Assembly: GCA_045602385.1 (NCBI GenBank)
Contig: JAZSBL010000025.1
Span: 384-64,383, forward strand
Direction of reading: 5' to 3'
DNA: 64,000 nt
From: Eubacteriales bacterium
Lineage (GTDB): Bacteria > Bacillota > Clostridia > Oscillospirales > CAG-272
Position 1 is the first letter of the stretch, and the number at the start of each line of letters is the position of its first letter. The notes below the pieces were generated by a model, which searched no databases, was not told the origin of the DNA, and saw only the letters and a program-made list of their open reading frames with translations. Position numbers and translations under genes: made by a program. Shown in pieces: positions 16,252 to 25,059 of the stretch.

Positions 16252-17061
16252 TCAATTGGTGGGCGCGAGGATCACCGTCGTCCCCTCCCCCCGCACAACG
16301 TCGCGTCCGCCGTATCCTACGGCGGTAAGTGTCAGGGCATAGCGTTTGTCGGGGCTAAAGCAATACTCTCCGCGAAAGACGCCGTTGCTTGCCACAACTC
16401 CCGCCACCAACACCTCGAAATGCTCCCCCTCGCCGCTGAGGTCTGCAAAAAAGAGCCGCACGCCCGCCGCAAAGCAGTCCTCCGCTTTCACCTTAAAGCG
16501 AACTCTCCCGACGTCTATCCCCCGCACGGTGATTTCGGGCAGATACCCGTCATCCTCCTCTCCGCTTTCATCCGCATTGATAGAAATATCGGGAACGCCA
16601 TCCACCTCCAAGGTCAATATCTCTCCCGCATCACCGAGATAGCGGGCGGCGCGGCAATCAAGCGACAGGCATTCTCTGCCTCTGCCCGTCCTTTTGAAAT
16701 ACAAACGCGCCAAAACGCCGTCCGGCGCGGTGTTGCTGCGCGAATCGATCAGAAATCTCAGCTCTCCGCCAAAGTCTATTTCCGTATAGCTGACACTCTC
16801 GTCGGTCGCGCCGCCCGAAAGATAGATAAGGCTGTCGGGGGTGTAATCAAGCTCGCAGAGCATGGCGCATATTCCAAACTCCGATTCAAGAGATATTTCT
16901 ATCTCCAGAATACCGTCCTCCGCCTCGCTTGCTCGGCATAAAAGGCGGGCGCCGCTATCCGCCCCATCTCCCGCCTCCACGGGCAGACAAACAAGTCCGC
17001 CGAGCAACGCGGCAAGGATAAGCAGCGCGACGGCTCTTAACAGCACCTTGTATCTCATCAC
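16252..17061 (-). CDS. secreted hypothetical protein (possibly cohesin-like fold)
   Basis: Signal peptide MMRYKVLLRAVALLILAALLGGLVCLPVEA. The segment ILEIEISLESEFGICAMLCELDYTPDSLIY recalls cohesin-type strands. It looks GC-rich by eye relative to its neighbours. Confidence 0.4.
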   Translation of the reverse strand: MMRYKVLLRAVALLILAALLGGLVCLPVEAGDGADSGARLLCRASEAEDGILEIEISLESEFGICAMLCELDYTPDSLIYLSGGATDESVSYTEIDFGGELRFLIDSRSNTAPDGVLARLYFKRTGRGRECLSLDCRAARYLGDAGEILTLEVDGVPDISINADESGEEDDGYLPEITVRGIDVGRVRFKVKAEDCFAAGVRLFFADLSGEGEHFEVLVAGVVASNGVFRGEYCFSPDKRYALTLTAVGYGGRDVVRGEGTTVILAPTN

Positions 17062-17242
17062 GTCCTCCCAAAAAACGAATTAATAAATATTATTTTGATT
17101 TTTTTCCTTATATTCCATATTATCCCTTGTCCGATCGCGTTTGAAAACAAAAATATCGGGCAAAATAAAAACGCGGAATAAATCTTTTGATTTTTTCGTA
17201 AATATCACAAAACCGCAAAAGCGGTGTTGGAGAAGAACTGAA

Positions 17243-17563
17243 ATGAAAAAGATCATAATTGCATTTTCTCTTGTGCTTGTGCTCGCGCTCAGCATATTGC
17301 TTGTGGCGTGCGGTAACAACAACACGACCGACGAGGGCACAGGTAAGCCCTCAAGCACAAACACGGAAACAACAACGGGCATGTTTACAGAAACCGTGTC
17401 CGAAAGAGAGACCGTTGCAGAAACGGTAACAGACAGCCTCCTTGACGAGGCCGAAAGCAAGCTTGAGGAAATGAGCGAGGACGCCACCCACGGCGTAGAG
17501 GACAGCACCGGCGGTCATTCTACCAGAGGCGGCAAGCGCACGCTTATCCCCAGAGGTAAATAA
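17243..17563 (+). CDS. small lipoprotein, Thr/Glu-rich
   Basis: MKKIIIAFSLVLVLALSILLVACGNNN has a lipobox (LVAC). Start moved from 17141 to ATG 17243. Confidence 0.6.
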   Translation: MKKIIIAFSLVLVLALSILLVACGNNNTTDEGTGKPSSTNTETTTGMFTETVSERETVAETVTDSLLDEAESKLEEMSEDATHGVEDSTGGHSTRGGKRTLIPRGK

Positions 17564-17570
17564 ACAAAAA

Positions 17571-17603
17571 GAAGGGTTGACCGCGATTTGCGATCAGCCC
17601 TTC
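17571..17603. terminator. hairpin between convergent genes (lipoprotein and permease)
   Basis: gaagggttga...tcagcccttc forms a 10-bp stem with one G-U pair. The T-run tttttgttt follows on the minus strand. Confidence 0.5.
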
Positions 17604-17621
17604 GTGTTATGAGGCTACATA

Positions 17622-18818
17622 CTATATTATAAGAAGCGCGAACGCGGTCAGGATAATCAAAAATCCAAAGTTGAACGCGCTGAAAAGCCCGATATAGGAG
17701 AGCGTCTTGCCCTTTGTGTGCGAGGTATACTCACGGAAGGTGATAAGGCTGGCAAGCGAGGATATGAGCGTTCCCACACCGCCGATATTTACGCCGAGCA
17801 AAAGCTCCTTGTAATTAGTGGTAAATTCAGAGAGCAATATTGCGCTGGGCACGTTACTGATGACCTGACACGAGCCTATTGCCGTGAGAAGCGTGCTTCT
17901 GTTAAGGAGTGACGCGAAGAAATCGTTTACCGCGCCGATGCGTGACACGTTGCCCGCAAGCAAGAAGAAGCAGACGAAGGTCAAAAGCAGGGGGTAATCG
18001 ACCTTCAAAAGTGCCTTTTTGTCGGTAAAGAAGACCGCAAAGAAGACAAGCGGCAGGCAGATATAGTAAGGAACTACACGGAATACCGTCAGAATCGCAA
18101 TTGCGAAAAGAACAAGGTAGAATACCGCGCGCTTGGGATCTGTGCGCTCAACCTCGTTTTCGGTAAGCTCCAACGGCTCGCGCGGGATAATAAAGCAGCA
18201 GAGTGTGAAAAGAATTATCGAGAGAATGAACGGGAATACCATTATTCCCATAAATTCCATCGTGGGAATATTGAATTTCGTGTAGATATAGAGGTTCTGG
18301 GGGTTGCCGAAGGGGGTCAACATGCCGCCGAGGTTTGCCGCGATATTCTGGAAGATGAATATCGGCGCCATGTGCTTTTCCTTGCCTGTTGCCGAAAGCG
18401 AAATATAGCCGAGGGGCAAAAAGGTGAGCAGCGCCATGTCGTTGGCTAAGAACATCGAGCCTATAAATGTGATGTAGACCAGCGCCAGTGCAAGCGTGCG
18501 AGTGTTGCCCGCACATTTTACGATTCTTTTCGCCGTAATGGTGAAAAAGCGGATATTTTTAAGCGCGCAGATGACCGCCAGGGTGCAGAAAAGGCAGGTC
18601 AGCGTCTTGAAATCGAAATAACCGATATATTGCGAGTCGGGTTTTACGATAAAGCAGGAGATAAGCGCGAGAGTGGCGGCTATCACTAATACGAAATTCT
18701 TTTTTGCAAAATCCGCGACCGTGTGGCGCGCCGCGTCAAGCACGTGTGTGACTTCTTGCGCGGATATATGATGCCCGTGCAGATGCGGTCTCTGCGGTAA
18801 AAGCCTCTGATTTGCCAT
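17622..18818 (-). CDS. ArsB/NhaD-superfamily anion permease (YbiR-like)
   Basis: About 10-12 TM helices with motifs such as FLANDMALLTFLPLG and NLGGMLTPFGNPQNL. Start moved to ATG 18818 behind GGAGGAAC. Confidence 0.6.
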   Translation of the reverse strand: MANQRLLPQRPHLHGHHISAQEVTHVLDAARHTVADFAKKNFVLVIAATLALISCFIVKPDSQYIGYFDFKTLTCLFCTLAVICALKNIRFFTITAKRIVKCAGNTRTLALALVYITFIGSMFLANDMALLTFLPLGYISLSATGKEKHMAPIFIFQNIAANLGGMLTPFGNPQNLYIYTKFNIPTMEFMGIMVFPFILSIILFTLCCFIIPREPLELTENEVERTDPKRAVFYLVLFAIAILTVFRVVPYYICLPLVFFAVFFTDKKALLKVDYPLLLTFVCFFLLAGNVSRIGAVNDFFASLLNRSTLLTAIGSCQVISNVPSAILLSEFTTNYKELLLGVNIGGVGTLISSLASLITFREYTSHTKGKTLSYIGLFSAFNFGFLIILTAFALLII

Positions 18819-18920
18819 ACCTGTTCCTCCTATGTCCAAAATTTCAAACCAAGGATAGAGTATAGCACGAAGAAGGCAAATTGTCAAGCGGGTTTTATAA
18901 AAAATTTTAGGGCAAAAATT

Positions 18921-18960
18921 TGGACACATCATTTTAGGAATTTCCTATATGATGTGTCCA
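18921..18960. other. near-perfect 20-bp palindrome (terminator of the collagen-like gene and/or operator of the permease gene)
   Basis: tggacacatcat (18921-18932) pairs with atgatgtgtcca (18949-18960), and the spacer is itself palindromic (aggaa/ttcct). It lies between stop 19043 and start 18818. Confidence 0.4.
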
Positions 18961-19042
18961 TTATTTTTGAAAAATTATATAATCAGTCCTAACAAATTTT
19001 GATTATCTCCTTGAATGATTGCGTACAGTTTTCCTTTGTCCA

Positions 19043-21001
19043 TCAATACCATATTTCCCCATCATTACACACAACCACAAATCCATAGCTATTATAATTC
19101 CAATATCCATCACTCTTTACAATATTATACCACTCTTCACAAGCTCCCGAAAATCTTATCTCTTTAATGTCGCAGTCATAGAAGGCATAATCATCAATAA
19201 TTTGTATGGTTGAAGGGATTTCAACGATTATGTTTTTTAAATTACTGAATGTATAGGATGCGATTCTATTTATTTGTTCTCCATCTGGCGTTTCAATCGG
19301 AATGCTTATAACTGTTGCCATTCCAACAATGCTTGAAGTGCCGTCTCCGTTAGATTCATAAACAAAACCGTTTGTTTCCTTATCTGCTCCAGTACAGGTA
19401 ATGTTTGCATTTAGTAACCATTTGTTACCGCCTAAAGCATTATCTATATCAATTTCTTGCCATTGCTTTTGGCTTCCTGTATATATTACATTCGTCAAAG
19501 AACCACACTCCATAAAGGCTCCGTAATCAATTCTTACTATGCTACTAGGAATTTCAATGTCTGTTAATGAGTCAAGGTACATATATGCACCTATTCCTAT
19601 AACAGAAACGCTCTGGGGAATTATCGTGTTTTTACACCCGATAACTAAAGTATCAGTAGCCGTCTCTATAATTGCATTGCAGTTGTTTCTTGAATCGTAT
19701 ACTGGATTGTTAGGATGCACAACTATACTTTTCAAAGAATCACAACCAAAGAATACTGGGGCATCCGGTCGACCTAAAGATACAACGCTTTCTGGAATTT
19801 CTATACTAATTAGAGATTTGCAATCTCCAAAAGCCGAAAAACCAATGCTAGTTATACTATTAGGTATTGTCATAGTAAGAAATGTTTTATCTCTCCACGT
19901 CCCCTGAAATGCGCGATCTGCTATAGTAGTAACAGGCTTTCCATTATATGTTGAGGGGATAACGGGATGAGAGTCATTCCCGTCATAGCCCAGAACACAG
20001 TAACTTTCTCCATCATCGGATAGTTCAAGAACAAATCCATTGGTATCGCAATCAAAGCCACATACACTACAAACAGTACCAACGTAGTTATGGCTTGCTT
20101 CAATCACAGTTTGTTCAACAAAGACTTTTTTGCAAATTTCACAATGGCTACCTTCTGTTATGCCATTTGTCGTACAGGTTGCCTGTACTGCTTTATCAAT
20201 TACTGTAGCATGGCCAAATAACGCACAAATATTATTTGTTGCTACATCATAGATCCATTCTTCCTCGGTACCGGTATATTCAGGATAATGCTTTTTGAAG
20301 ATTTCATAAACAGATAAGCCATCATTTCCTTGTTCCCCCTGAGGGCCCTGTGCGCCGTCCTGACCATCTTTTCCGTCCGCGCCATCGGCTCCATCTTTGC
20401 CGTCGGCACCGTTAGCTCCGTCCTTACCGGGCGCGCCGACAAGAGAGAGCAACCATTCTTCAACGGTTCCCTTATATCCGTTCTCTACAGCAAGGTCGTA
20501 TGCGGATTTGCCGTCAAGACCGTCTTTACCGTCTGCACCGTCTTTACCATCCGCTCCGTTAGCACCATCTTTACCGTCGGCACCGTTAGTTCCGTCCTTA
20601 CCGGGCGCGCCAACAAGAGAATTGAGCCATTCCTCAACGGTTCCCTCGTAGCCCTTTTCTACGGCAAGCTCGTATGCGGATTTTCCATCAGCGCCGTCTG
20701 CACCGTCAGCGCCGTCGGCTCCGTCCTTACCGTCAGCTCCCGCAAGAGATGCCACCCACTCCTCAAAGGTTCCGGTGTAGCCTCTGGCGGTCAATTCCTC
20801 GTCAATATCGTAAGGATTTTTGTATATTTCGGTATAATCCTTGTTCTCCGCCTCGGTTTCTGCAGAAGTCGGATTTTCAAGCCCGTCCGCGGAGAGATTG
20901 CTCTCTGTTTCCTGCGCTTCAGGCTGCGTTACGTCACACGCGCCAAGCGGAAGCACCATACAAACAATCAAAAGCAAAACCACAAATAGTTTACGTTTCA
21001 T
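19043..21001 (-). CDS. lipoprotein with three collagen-like G-X-Y tracts, a Cys-rich region and BspA-type leucine-rich repeats
   Basis: MKRKLFVVLLLIVCMVLPLGAC lipobox. Three G-X-Y runs (GADGKDGADGADG..., GAPGKDGTNGADGKDG..., ...GQDGAQGPQGEQGNDG) are separated by KSAYELAVEKGYEGTVEEWLNSLVG-type units. The C-terminal half has LRR_5-like units (IPNSITSIGFSAFGDCKSLISIEIPESV). Confidence 0.7.
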   Translation of the reverse strand: MKRKLFVVLLLIVCMVLPLGACDVTQPEAQETESNLSADGLENPTSAETEAENKDYTEIYKNPYDIDEELTARGYTGTFEEWVASLAGADGKDGADGADGADGADGKSAYELAVEKGYEGTVEEWLNSLVGAPGKDGTNGADGKDGANGADGKDGADGKDGLDGKSAYDLAVENGYKGTVEEWLLSLVGAPGKDGANGADGKDGADGADGKDGQDGAQGPQGEQGNDGLSVYEIFKKHYPEYTGTEEEWIYDVATNNICALFGHATVIDKAVQATCTTNGITEGSHCEICKKVFVEQTVIEASHNYVGTVCSVCGFDCDTNGFVLELSDDGESYCVLGYDGNDSHPVIPSTYNGKPVTTIADRAFQGTWRDKTFLTMTIPNSITSIGFSAFGDCKSLISIEIPESVVSLGRPDAPVFFGCDSLKSIVVHPNNPVYDSRNNCNAIIETATDTLVIGCKNTIIPQSVSVIGIGAYMYLDSLTDIEIPSSIVRIDYGAFMECGSLTNVIYTGSQKQWQEIDIDNALGGNKWLLNANITCTGADKETNGFVYESNGDGTSSIVGMATVISIPIETPDGEQINRIASYTFSNLKNIIVEIPSTIQIIDDYAFYDCDIKEIRFSGACEEWYNIVKSDGYWNYNSYGFVVVCNDGEIWY

Positions 21002-21047
21002 TTTCTTTGGTCCTTTCCCTGCTCGATTCAATTCGGCAGTTTAGTTT

Positions 21048-21076
21048 ATTATACTCAATCTTTGAGTATTTGTCAA
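21048..21076 (-). promoter_or_regulatory. sigma-A-type promoter of the collagen-like lipoprotein gene
   Basis: Minus strand: TTGACA (21076-21071), 17-nt spacer, TATAAT (21053-21048). Operator O1 fills the spacer and part of the -10. Confidence 0.55.
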
Positions 21077-21094
21077 TACTCAATGTTTGAGTAT
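21051..21094. promoter_or_regulatory. two 19-bp palindromic operators (ATACTCAA-N3-TTGAGTAT)
   Basis: O1 at 21051-21069 is atactcaaTCTttgagtat and O2 at 21076-21094 is atactcaaTGTttgagtat. Their centres are 25 bp apart, and each sits inside one of two divergent promoters. Confidence 0.55.
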
Positions 21095-21097
21095 GGT
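21070..21097 (+). promoter_or_regulatory. candidate promoter of the XRE gene
   Basis: TTGTCA (21070-21075), 16-nt spacer, TATGGT (21092-21097). Its -35 overlaps the -35 of the divergent promoter, and O2 fills the spacer. Confidence 0.4.
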
Positions 21098-21125
21098 AAT
21101 ATTTTTCTATAAGGAGGGGAAACAT

Positions 21126-21344
21126 ATGGACTACAGGACAAGAATAAGAAACGTGCGCGAGGACCGCGATCTTACGCAAGCGGAGGTCGGTCGCGTTCTG
21201 CAAAAATCCCAGCAGGGTTACAATCATATTGAGGCAGGTAGAGCCGAGCTGAAAATAGAAGATCTCATTCGCCTTTGCGAATTTTACGATCTGTCGGCAG
21301 ATTATTTGATAGGCATTACCGACACGCCCAAAAAACTAAAGTAA
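21126..21344 (+). CDS. XRE-family helix-turn-helix transcriptional regulator (72 aa)
   Basis: MDYRTRIRNVREDRDLTQAEVGRVLQKSQQGYNHIEAG is a Cro/CI-type HTH. GGAGGGG RBS precedes ATG 21126. Confidence 0.8.
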   Translation: MDYRTRIRNVREDRDLTQAEVGRVLQKSQQGYNHIEAGRAELKIEDLIRLCEFYDLSADYLIGITDTPKKLK

Positions 21345-21346
21345 AA

Positions 21347-21378
21347 CAGGACAACTCCACGGTTGTCCTGTTGTTTTT
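21347..21378 (+). terminator. intrinsic terminator of the XRE gene
   Basis: caggacaac (21347-21355) pairs with gttgtcctg (21362-21370), followed by ttgttttt. Confidence 0.75.
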
Positions 21379-21419
21379 ATTTCTATTTATTATATTTCTC
21401 CGACTTCGTGGATATTAAA

Positions 21420-21725
21420 AGGATTAAACGGCGGCACCGCGTGTGGTTCCCCGAAGCGAATAAAATGAGCTTTGGGGGTTCCGAGCAAGGCACCGCCCTG
21501 CGGTTTACGAGTTTACCAAGGGGTTGTCGACTTGAAACCAAGGCCCCTTTGTGTAAAGGGGGCTCCCGACGCAGTCGGGTGGGGGATTGTTTTGTGGCGT
21601 GTTGTTGCTTTACAATCCCTCAGTCAACTTCGTTGACAGCTCCCTTTACACAAGGGAGCCTTACGCAAGGCGAAAACCGACAAGAATTTGTAGCCGTAAA
21701 CTCTCCGACAAATCAAAATTTGTCG
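21420..21725. repeat. mosaic REP-like intergenic element containing a 51-bp imperfect inverted repeat
   Basis: Arms at 21540-21590 (aaggcccctttgtgtaaagggggctcccgacgcagtcgggtgggggattgt) and 21612-21662 (reverse-complement architecture). Each arm has two internal hairpins. Flanking modules atttgtagccgt and ccgacaaatcaaaatttg (21705-21722) also occur at 10.7-10.9 kb. Confidence 0.7.
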
Positions 21726-21744
21726 CTATCAATCATTCCCCCGA

Positions 21745-21776
21745 AAAGAAAAGGTCGGTCAACTAACGTGACCGAC
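21745..21776 (-). terminator. intrinsic terminator of the thioesterase gene
   Basis: gtcggtca (21754-21761) pairs with tgaccgac (21769-21776), and the T-rich cttttcttt follows on the minus strand. Confidence 0.6.
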
Positions 21777-21791
21777 TTTGATCTATTGGAT

Positions 21792-22544
21792 TTACAGCTT
21801 TTCAAGCACTGCGCAGGCTTCAAGGCAGGTTTCACCCTGCTCGTTTGTCGTGCGGACGTAGAGCATTCCGCTCTCGTCTATCTCGCTTCGCGACACTGTC
21901 AACGTTGCGCCGAGCGCAGACTCCTTTAAATAGGAAAGCGACAGGCTCTTTATGCGCATGGGTAACTCCGCCGCCGAAAGCTCCTCTATATAGTCGCAGA
22001 TCATATCGGGATAGCGTGTATTATTCATATGCATGTTATAGTCGATATCAGAATAGACTATTTTCCTCTTTCCGACCTCGCGCATAGCAGTGTCCTTTGG
22101 AACTCTCGCCTTTTTGAGCAGGGTGTCGGGATCGATGGGCTCATCATAGTAGAACTTGCCACCGAATATATCGTAATGGTCGGCGCGTACCATGGTCTTT
22201 TTATTAATATCGATAAGCACCCAGGTGCTTGCCGCCTCTGCCACTATCTCGCCGTCGCGCTCGATCTCAAAATAGCGGTTGAAGATATAGCTTTTCGCCT
22301 CTTTACACCATGTTCTGACCTCTATATTCTCGTATGCGTGGAGCGGCTTTTTGATATTCAGCGATATTGCGCCCAATATAAAGGCAAGTCCATGCTCATC
22401 GCGCAGCCAATCAAGCGGCAGGCCCGAATCCTCACACTGGCGATTGGCGGTTTCCTGCATATATTCAACTATCTTTGAGGGGCGGACGCATCGGTTTGCG
22501 TCGGTATCGTGCCAGTTTGTCTTTATTCTGTACGTAAATTTCAT
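21792..22544 (-). CDS. acyl-ACP thioesterase
   Basis: MKFTYRIKTNWHDTDANRCVRPSKIVEYMQETANRQ...LAFILGAISLNIKKP...DIDYNMHMNNTRY shows the double-hotdog FatA/B-like pattern; 250 aa. Confidence 0.8.
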   Translation of the reverse strand: MKFTYRIKTNWHDTDANRCVRPSKIVEYMQETANRQCEDSGLPLDWLRDEHGLAFILGAISLNIKKPLHAYENIEVRTWCKEAKSYIFNRYFEIERDGEIVAEAASTWVLIDINKKTMVRADHYDIFGGKFYYDEPIDPDTLLKKARVPKDTAMREVGKRKIVYSDIDYNMHMNNTRYPDMICDYIEELSAAELPMRIKSLSLSYLKESALGATLTVSRSEIDESGMLYVRTTNEQGETCLEACAVLEKL

Positions 22545-22593
22545 ATTTGAAAATTACGGGACACCGCGCGGTGTCCCGTATCTCCTTTAAAAA

Positions 22594-23553
22594 TTAAAGC
22601 TTGTTGTCAGAGCCGAGAACGTTGACGATCTTGTGTTTGACCATCTTCTTGACCTCTGCACGTGCAACCGAGAGGTAACCTCTGGGGTCGAAGATAGAGG
22701 GATCCTCGTTGAATACACGGCGGATTCCCGCTGTCATTGCAAGACGGATATCAGAGTCGATATTGATCTTACATACTGCCATGCCCGCAGCCTTGCGGAG
22801 CTGCTCCTCGGGGATACCTACCGCATCGGGAAGCTTACCGCCAAGCGCGTTGATCTCTGCTACGTACTCCTGGGGAACGCTGGACGCGCCGTGGAGTACG
22901 ATCGGGAACTCGGGAAGTCTCTTCTCGATCTCTTCAAGAATGTCAAATCGGAGCGGAGGGGGGACGAGTATTCCCTTCTCGTTTCTCGTGCACTGCTTGG
23001 GTGTGAACTTGTATGCGCCGTGGGACGTACCGATGGAAATTGCCAACGAGTCAACGCCTGTGCGGTTAACGAAATCCTCAACCTCCTCGGGACGGGTGTA
23101 TGAGGAATGCTCTGCAACAACGTCATCCTCGACGCCTGCGAGAACTCCGAGCTCACCCTCAACTACTACGCCGTGAGCGTGTGCGTACTCAACTACCTTC
23201 TTTGTAAGTGCTATATTATCCTCGTACGCGTGGTGCGAGCCGTCGATCATGACCGATGTGAATCCTCCGTCGATGCACGCCTTGCAGATCTCAAAATCTG
23301 CACCGTGGTCGAGGTGGAGTGCGAGGTCGATTCCGCTGTCCTTTACTCCTGCCTGTGCAAGTGCGAGAAGATACTCGTGCTTTGCGTACTTACGTGCGCC
23401 TGCAGATACCTGAAGGATAACGGGGGACTTTGTCTCCTCTGCCGCCTCTGTGATCGCCTGAATTATCTCCATGTTGTTGATGTTGAAGGCTCCTACTGCG
23501 TAACCGCCCGCATACGCCTTCTTAAACATTTCCTTAGTTGTTACAAGTGCCAT
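22594..23553 (-). CDS. fba: class II fructose-1,6-bisphosphate aldolase
   Basis: MALVTTKEMFKKAYAGGYAVGAFNINNME...LHLDHG...GTSHGAYKF. Start set at ATG 23553. Confidence 0.9.
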   Translation of the reverse strand: MALVTTKEMFKKAYAGGYAVGAFNINNMEIIQAITEAAEETKSPVILQVSAGARKYAKHEYLLALAQAGVKDSGIDLALHLDHGADFEICKACIDGGFTSVMIDGSHHAYEDNIALTKKVVEYAHAHGVVVEGELGVLAGVEDDVVAEHSSYTRPEEVEDFVNRTGVDSLAISIGTSHGAYKFTPKQCTRNEKGILVPPPLRFDILEEIEKRLPEFPIVLHGASSVPQEYVAEINALGGKLPDAVGIPEEQLRKAAGMAVCKINIDSDIRLAMTAGIRRVFNEDPSIFDPRGYLSVARAEVKKMVKHKIVNVLGSDNKL

Positions 23554-23618
23554 TGTTATATTTCCTTTCAAAAGACTTACAGAGCCTTGTGTTCAAGTCT
23601 CCTTTAATAACAAATACT

Positions 23619-23647
23619 ATTGTACCATATAAGAAAATTAAAATCAA
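23619..23647 (-). promoter_or_regulatory. sigma-A-type promoter of fba
   Basis: Minus strand: TTGATT (23647-23642), 17-nt spacer, TG-g-TACAAT (-10 at 23624-23619). Confidence 0.5.
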
Positions 23648-23674
23648 GGGTGTTGCGGCATTTTTGTTGAATTT

Positions 23675-24232
23675 TTATCTGCGCTTTCTTAATTTTTTCA
23701 ATATCGACTTCAAAAGCGGAGTGTTGTTCCGCAAAACAACAGCAGGCAGGATGTTTAAAAACAAATTGACTACCGCTACCGGCAGGGCTATTGTCAATGC
23801 AAGCGGCATTTTTAAGGTGAGCATCGCCAAAAATCCTGCAGGGTATGCAAGTCGGTGGGTAAGCACGCCCTTATTACATTCAATTATAAATTTTTCGATG
23901 TATTTGGGGTCGTCGGGGGACGCAAGCGTCCCCTTGCTGAATCCACCAAGTCCGCCAAGCTCCCAGACCTTATCCTTCCAGCGCTTGACCTTGAGCTTTT
24001 TATAAAGCTTTCTCTCGCGCTCGGTAACGTTATAGGCGGGGTTATCCACCCCAAACCACGAATCGGGCATTTTGTTTATTGCGATAGCAATAGCTCCGTC
24101 TATCGCAAACTGCAAAGCGGTGCAGAAAACTGTTGCGATAACGATATAGTACCACGCCGCCGTGCCAAAAACAATATTGAATATTGATATTATCAGCATC
24201 GCAATGCCGATTACCGTTAGATATAGCTTCAT
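23675..24232 (-). CDS. CrtO-like membrane acyltransferase family protein (glycosyl-4,4'-diaponeurosporenoate acyltransferase family)
   Basis: KLKVKRWKDKVWE...IEKFIIECNKGVLTHR...LRNNTPLLKSILKKLRKRR parallels S. aureus CrtO as I recall it (VRKWKHKI...IEKMIIETKRAELIHW...QRYNRPRL..LKRR). Confidence 0.5.
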   Translation of the reverse strand: MKLYLTVIGIAMLIISIFNIVFGTAAWYYIVIATVFCTALQFAIDGAIAIAINKMPDSWFGVDNPAYNVTERERKLYKKLKVKRWKDKVWELGGLGGFSKGTLASPDDPKYIEKFIIECNKGVLTHRLAYPAGFLAMLTLKMPLALTIALPVAVVNLFLNILPAVVLRNNTPLLKSILKKLRKRR

Positions 24233-25059
24233 GACTCTCCGTAAACGAGGGGCTTCTTGTAAAAGTCCTCATAGACTCTTACCCACGCCTCATAGTTCTC
24301 TTTCTTCATCTTTTCTTTTGCCTCTGTCGCAGGCAACGACAAATCGGGATATATAGCGGGAAGGATATGGACGGTATACTCCTGCACGAAAAATCCGTCG
24401 CCATCCGGCACGTCGCTATCCTCCATAGTGATAAATATCGGTACTATGGGCGCCTTGTTCCGCAGAGCCAGCGCAAATGCGCCGTCCTGCATCGGCTTGG
24501 GCTTGCGATAGTTCCACCACATGCTCTGCTCCGGGTAAATCAGTATCGTTTCCCCTCGCTCAAGCAACACCTTGATCGCGCGCAAAAGCTTCTTCATTGT
24601 CGCCATCTGGCTTGAAAGCGGCAAGGTGTTACAGTGCCGCATGAAAAGCCCAAACGGCTTTGGCGGATTGGTGTAATTCCCCTCTCTGATGACCTTATAA
24701 AGCATTTTCCCGTCCATGTGGTCGCGCAGCGCTACCCAGACCGCGTAATTATCACAAACGCTGAAGTGATTGCAGGTGACGAATTTGCCGCCTTTGACCG
24801 CGGTGAAATTCTCTATCCCCCTCACCTCCTTGATGATAAGCTGCCGATTTTCTATCATGTTATCGTAAAAGCGGGTTGCCGCCCTGTTTGCGATCTTGTT
24901 TTTGATTTTATTTATCAGCTTTTCATTCAAATAATCGACCTTGTCGGGCATAAGAGGATAGGTTTCGGGATCATCCTCTACGTCAAGATGCCAAAGCTCC
25001 TTCGATTCAAGGTTCGCAATTCGCCGTAAAAGCTCCTCCTTATGCGCGTTTCTTGCCAT
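24229..25059 (-). CDS. PlsC-family (lysophospholipid/1-acylglycerol-3-phosphate-type) acyltransferase
   Basis: H-x4-D box in FVTCNHFSVCDNYAV and a later block ILIYPEQSMW. It overlaps its neighbours by 4 and 20 nt. Confidence 0.7.
   Translation of the reverse strand: MARNAHKEELLRRIANLESKELWHLDVEDDPETYPLMPDKVDYLNEKLINKIKNKIANRAATRFYDNMIENRQLIIKEVRGIENFTAVKGGKFVTCNHFSVCDNYAVWVALRDHMDGKMLYKVIREGNYTNPPKPFGLFMRHCNTLPLSSQMATMKKLLRAIKVLLERGETILIYPEQSMWWNYRKPKPMQDGAFALALRNKAPIVPIFITMEDSDVPDGDGFFVQEYTVHILPAIYPDLSLPATEAKEKMKKENYEAWVRVYEDFYKKPLVYGES

Noticed and set aside
17080-17508. Minus-strand ORF of 142 aa, Ser-rich
   Set aside because: It is antisense to the lipoprotein gene 17243..17563, with low-complexity composition and no RBS.
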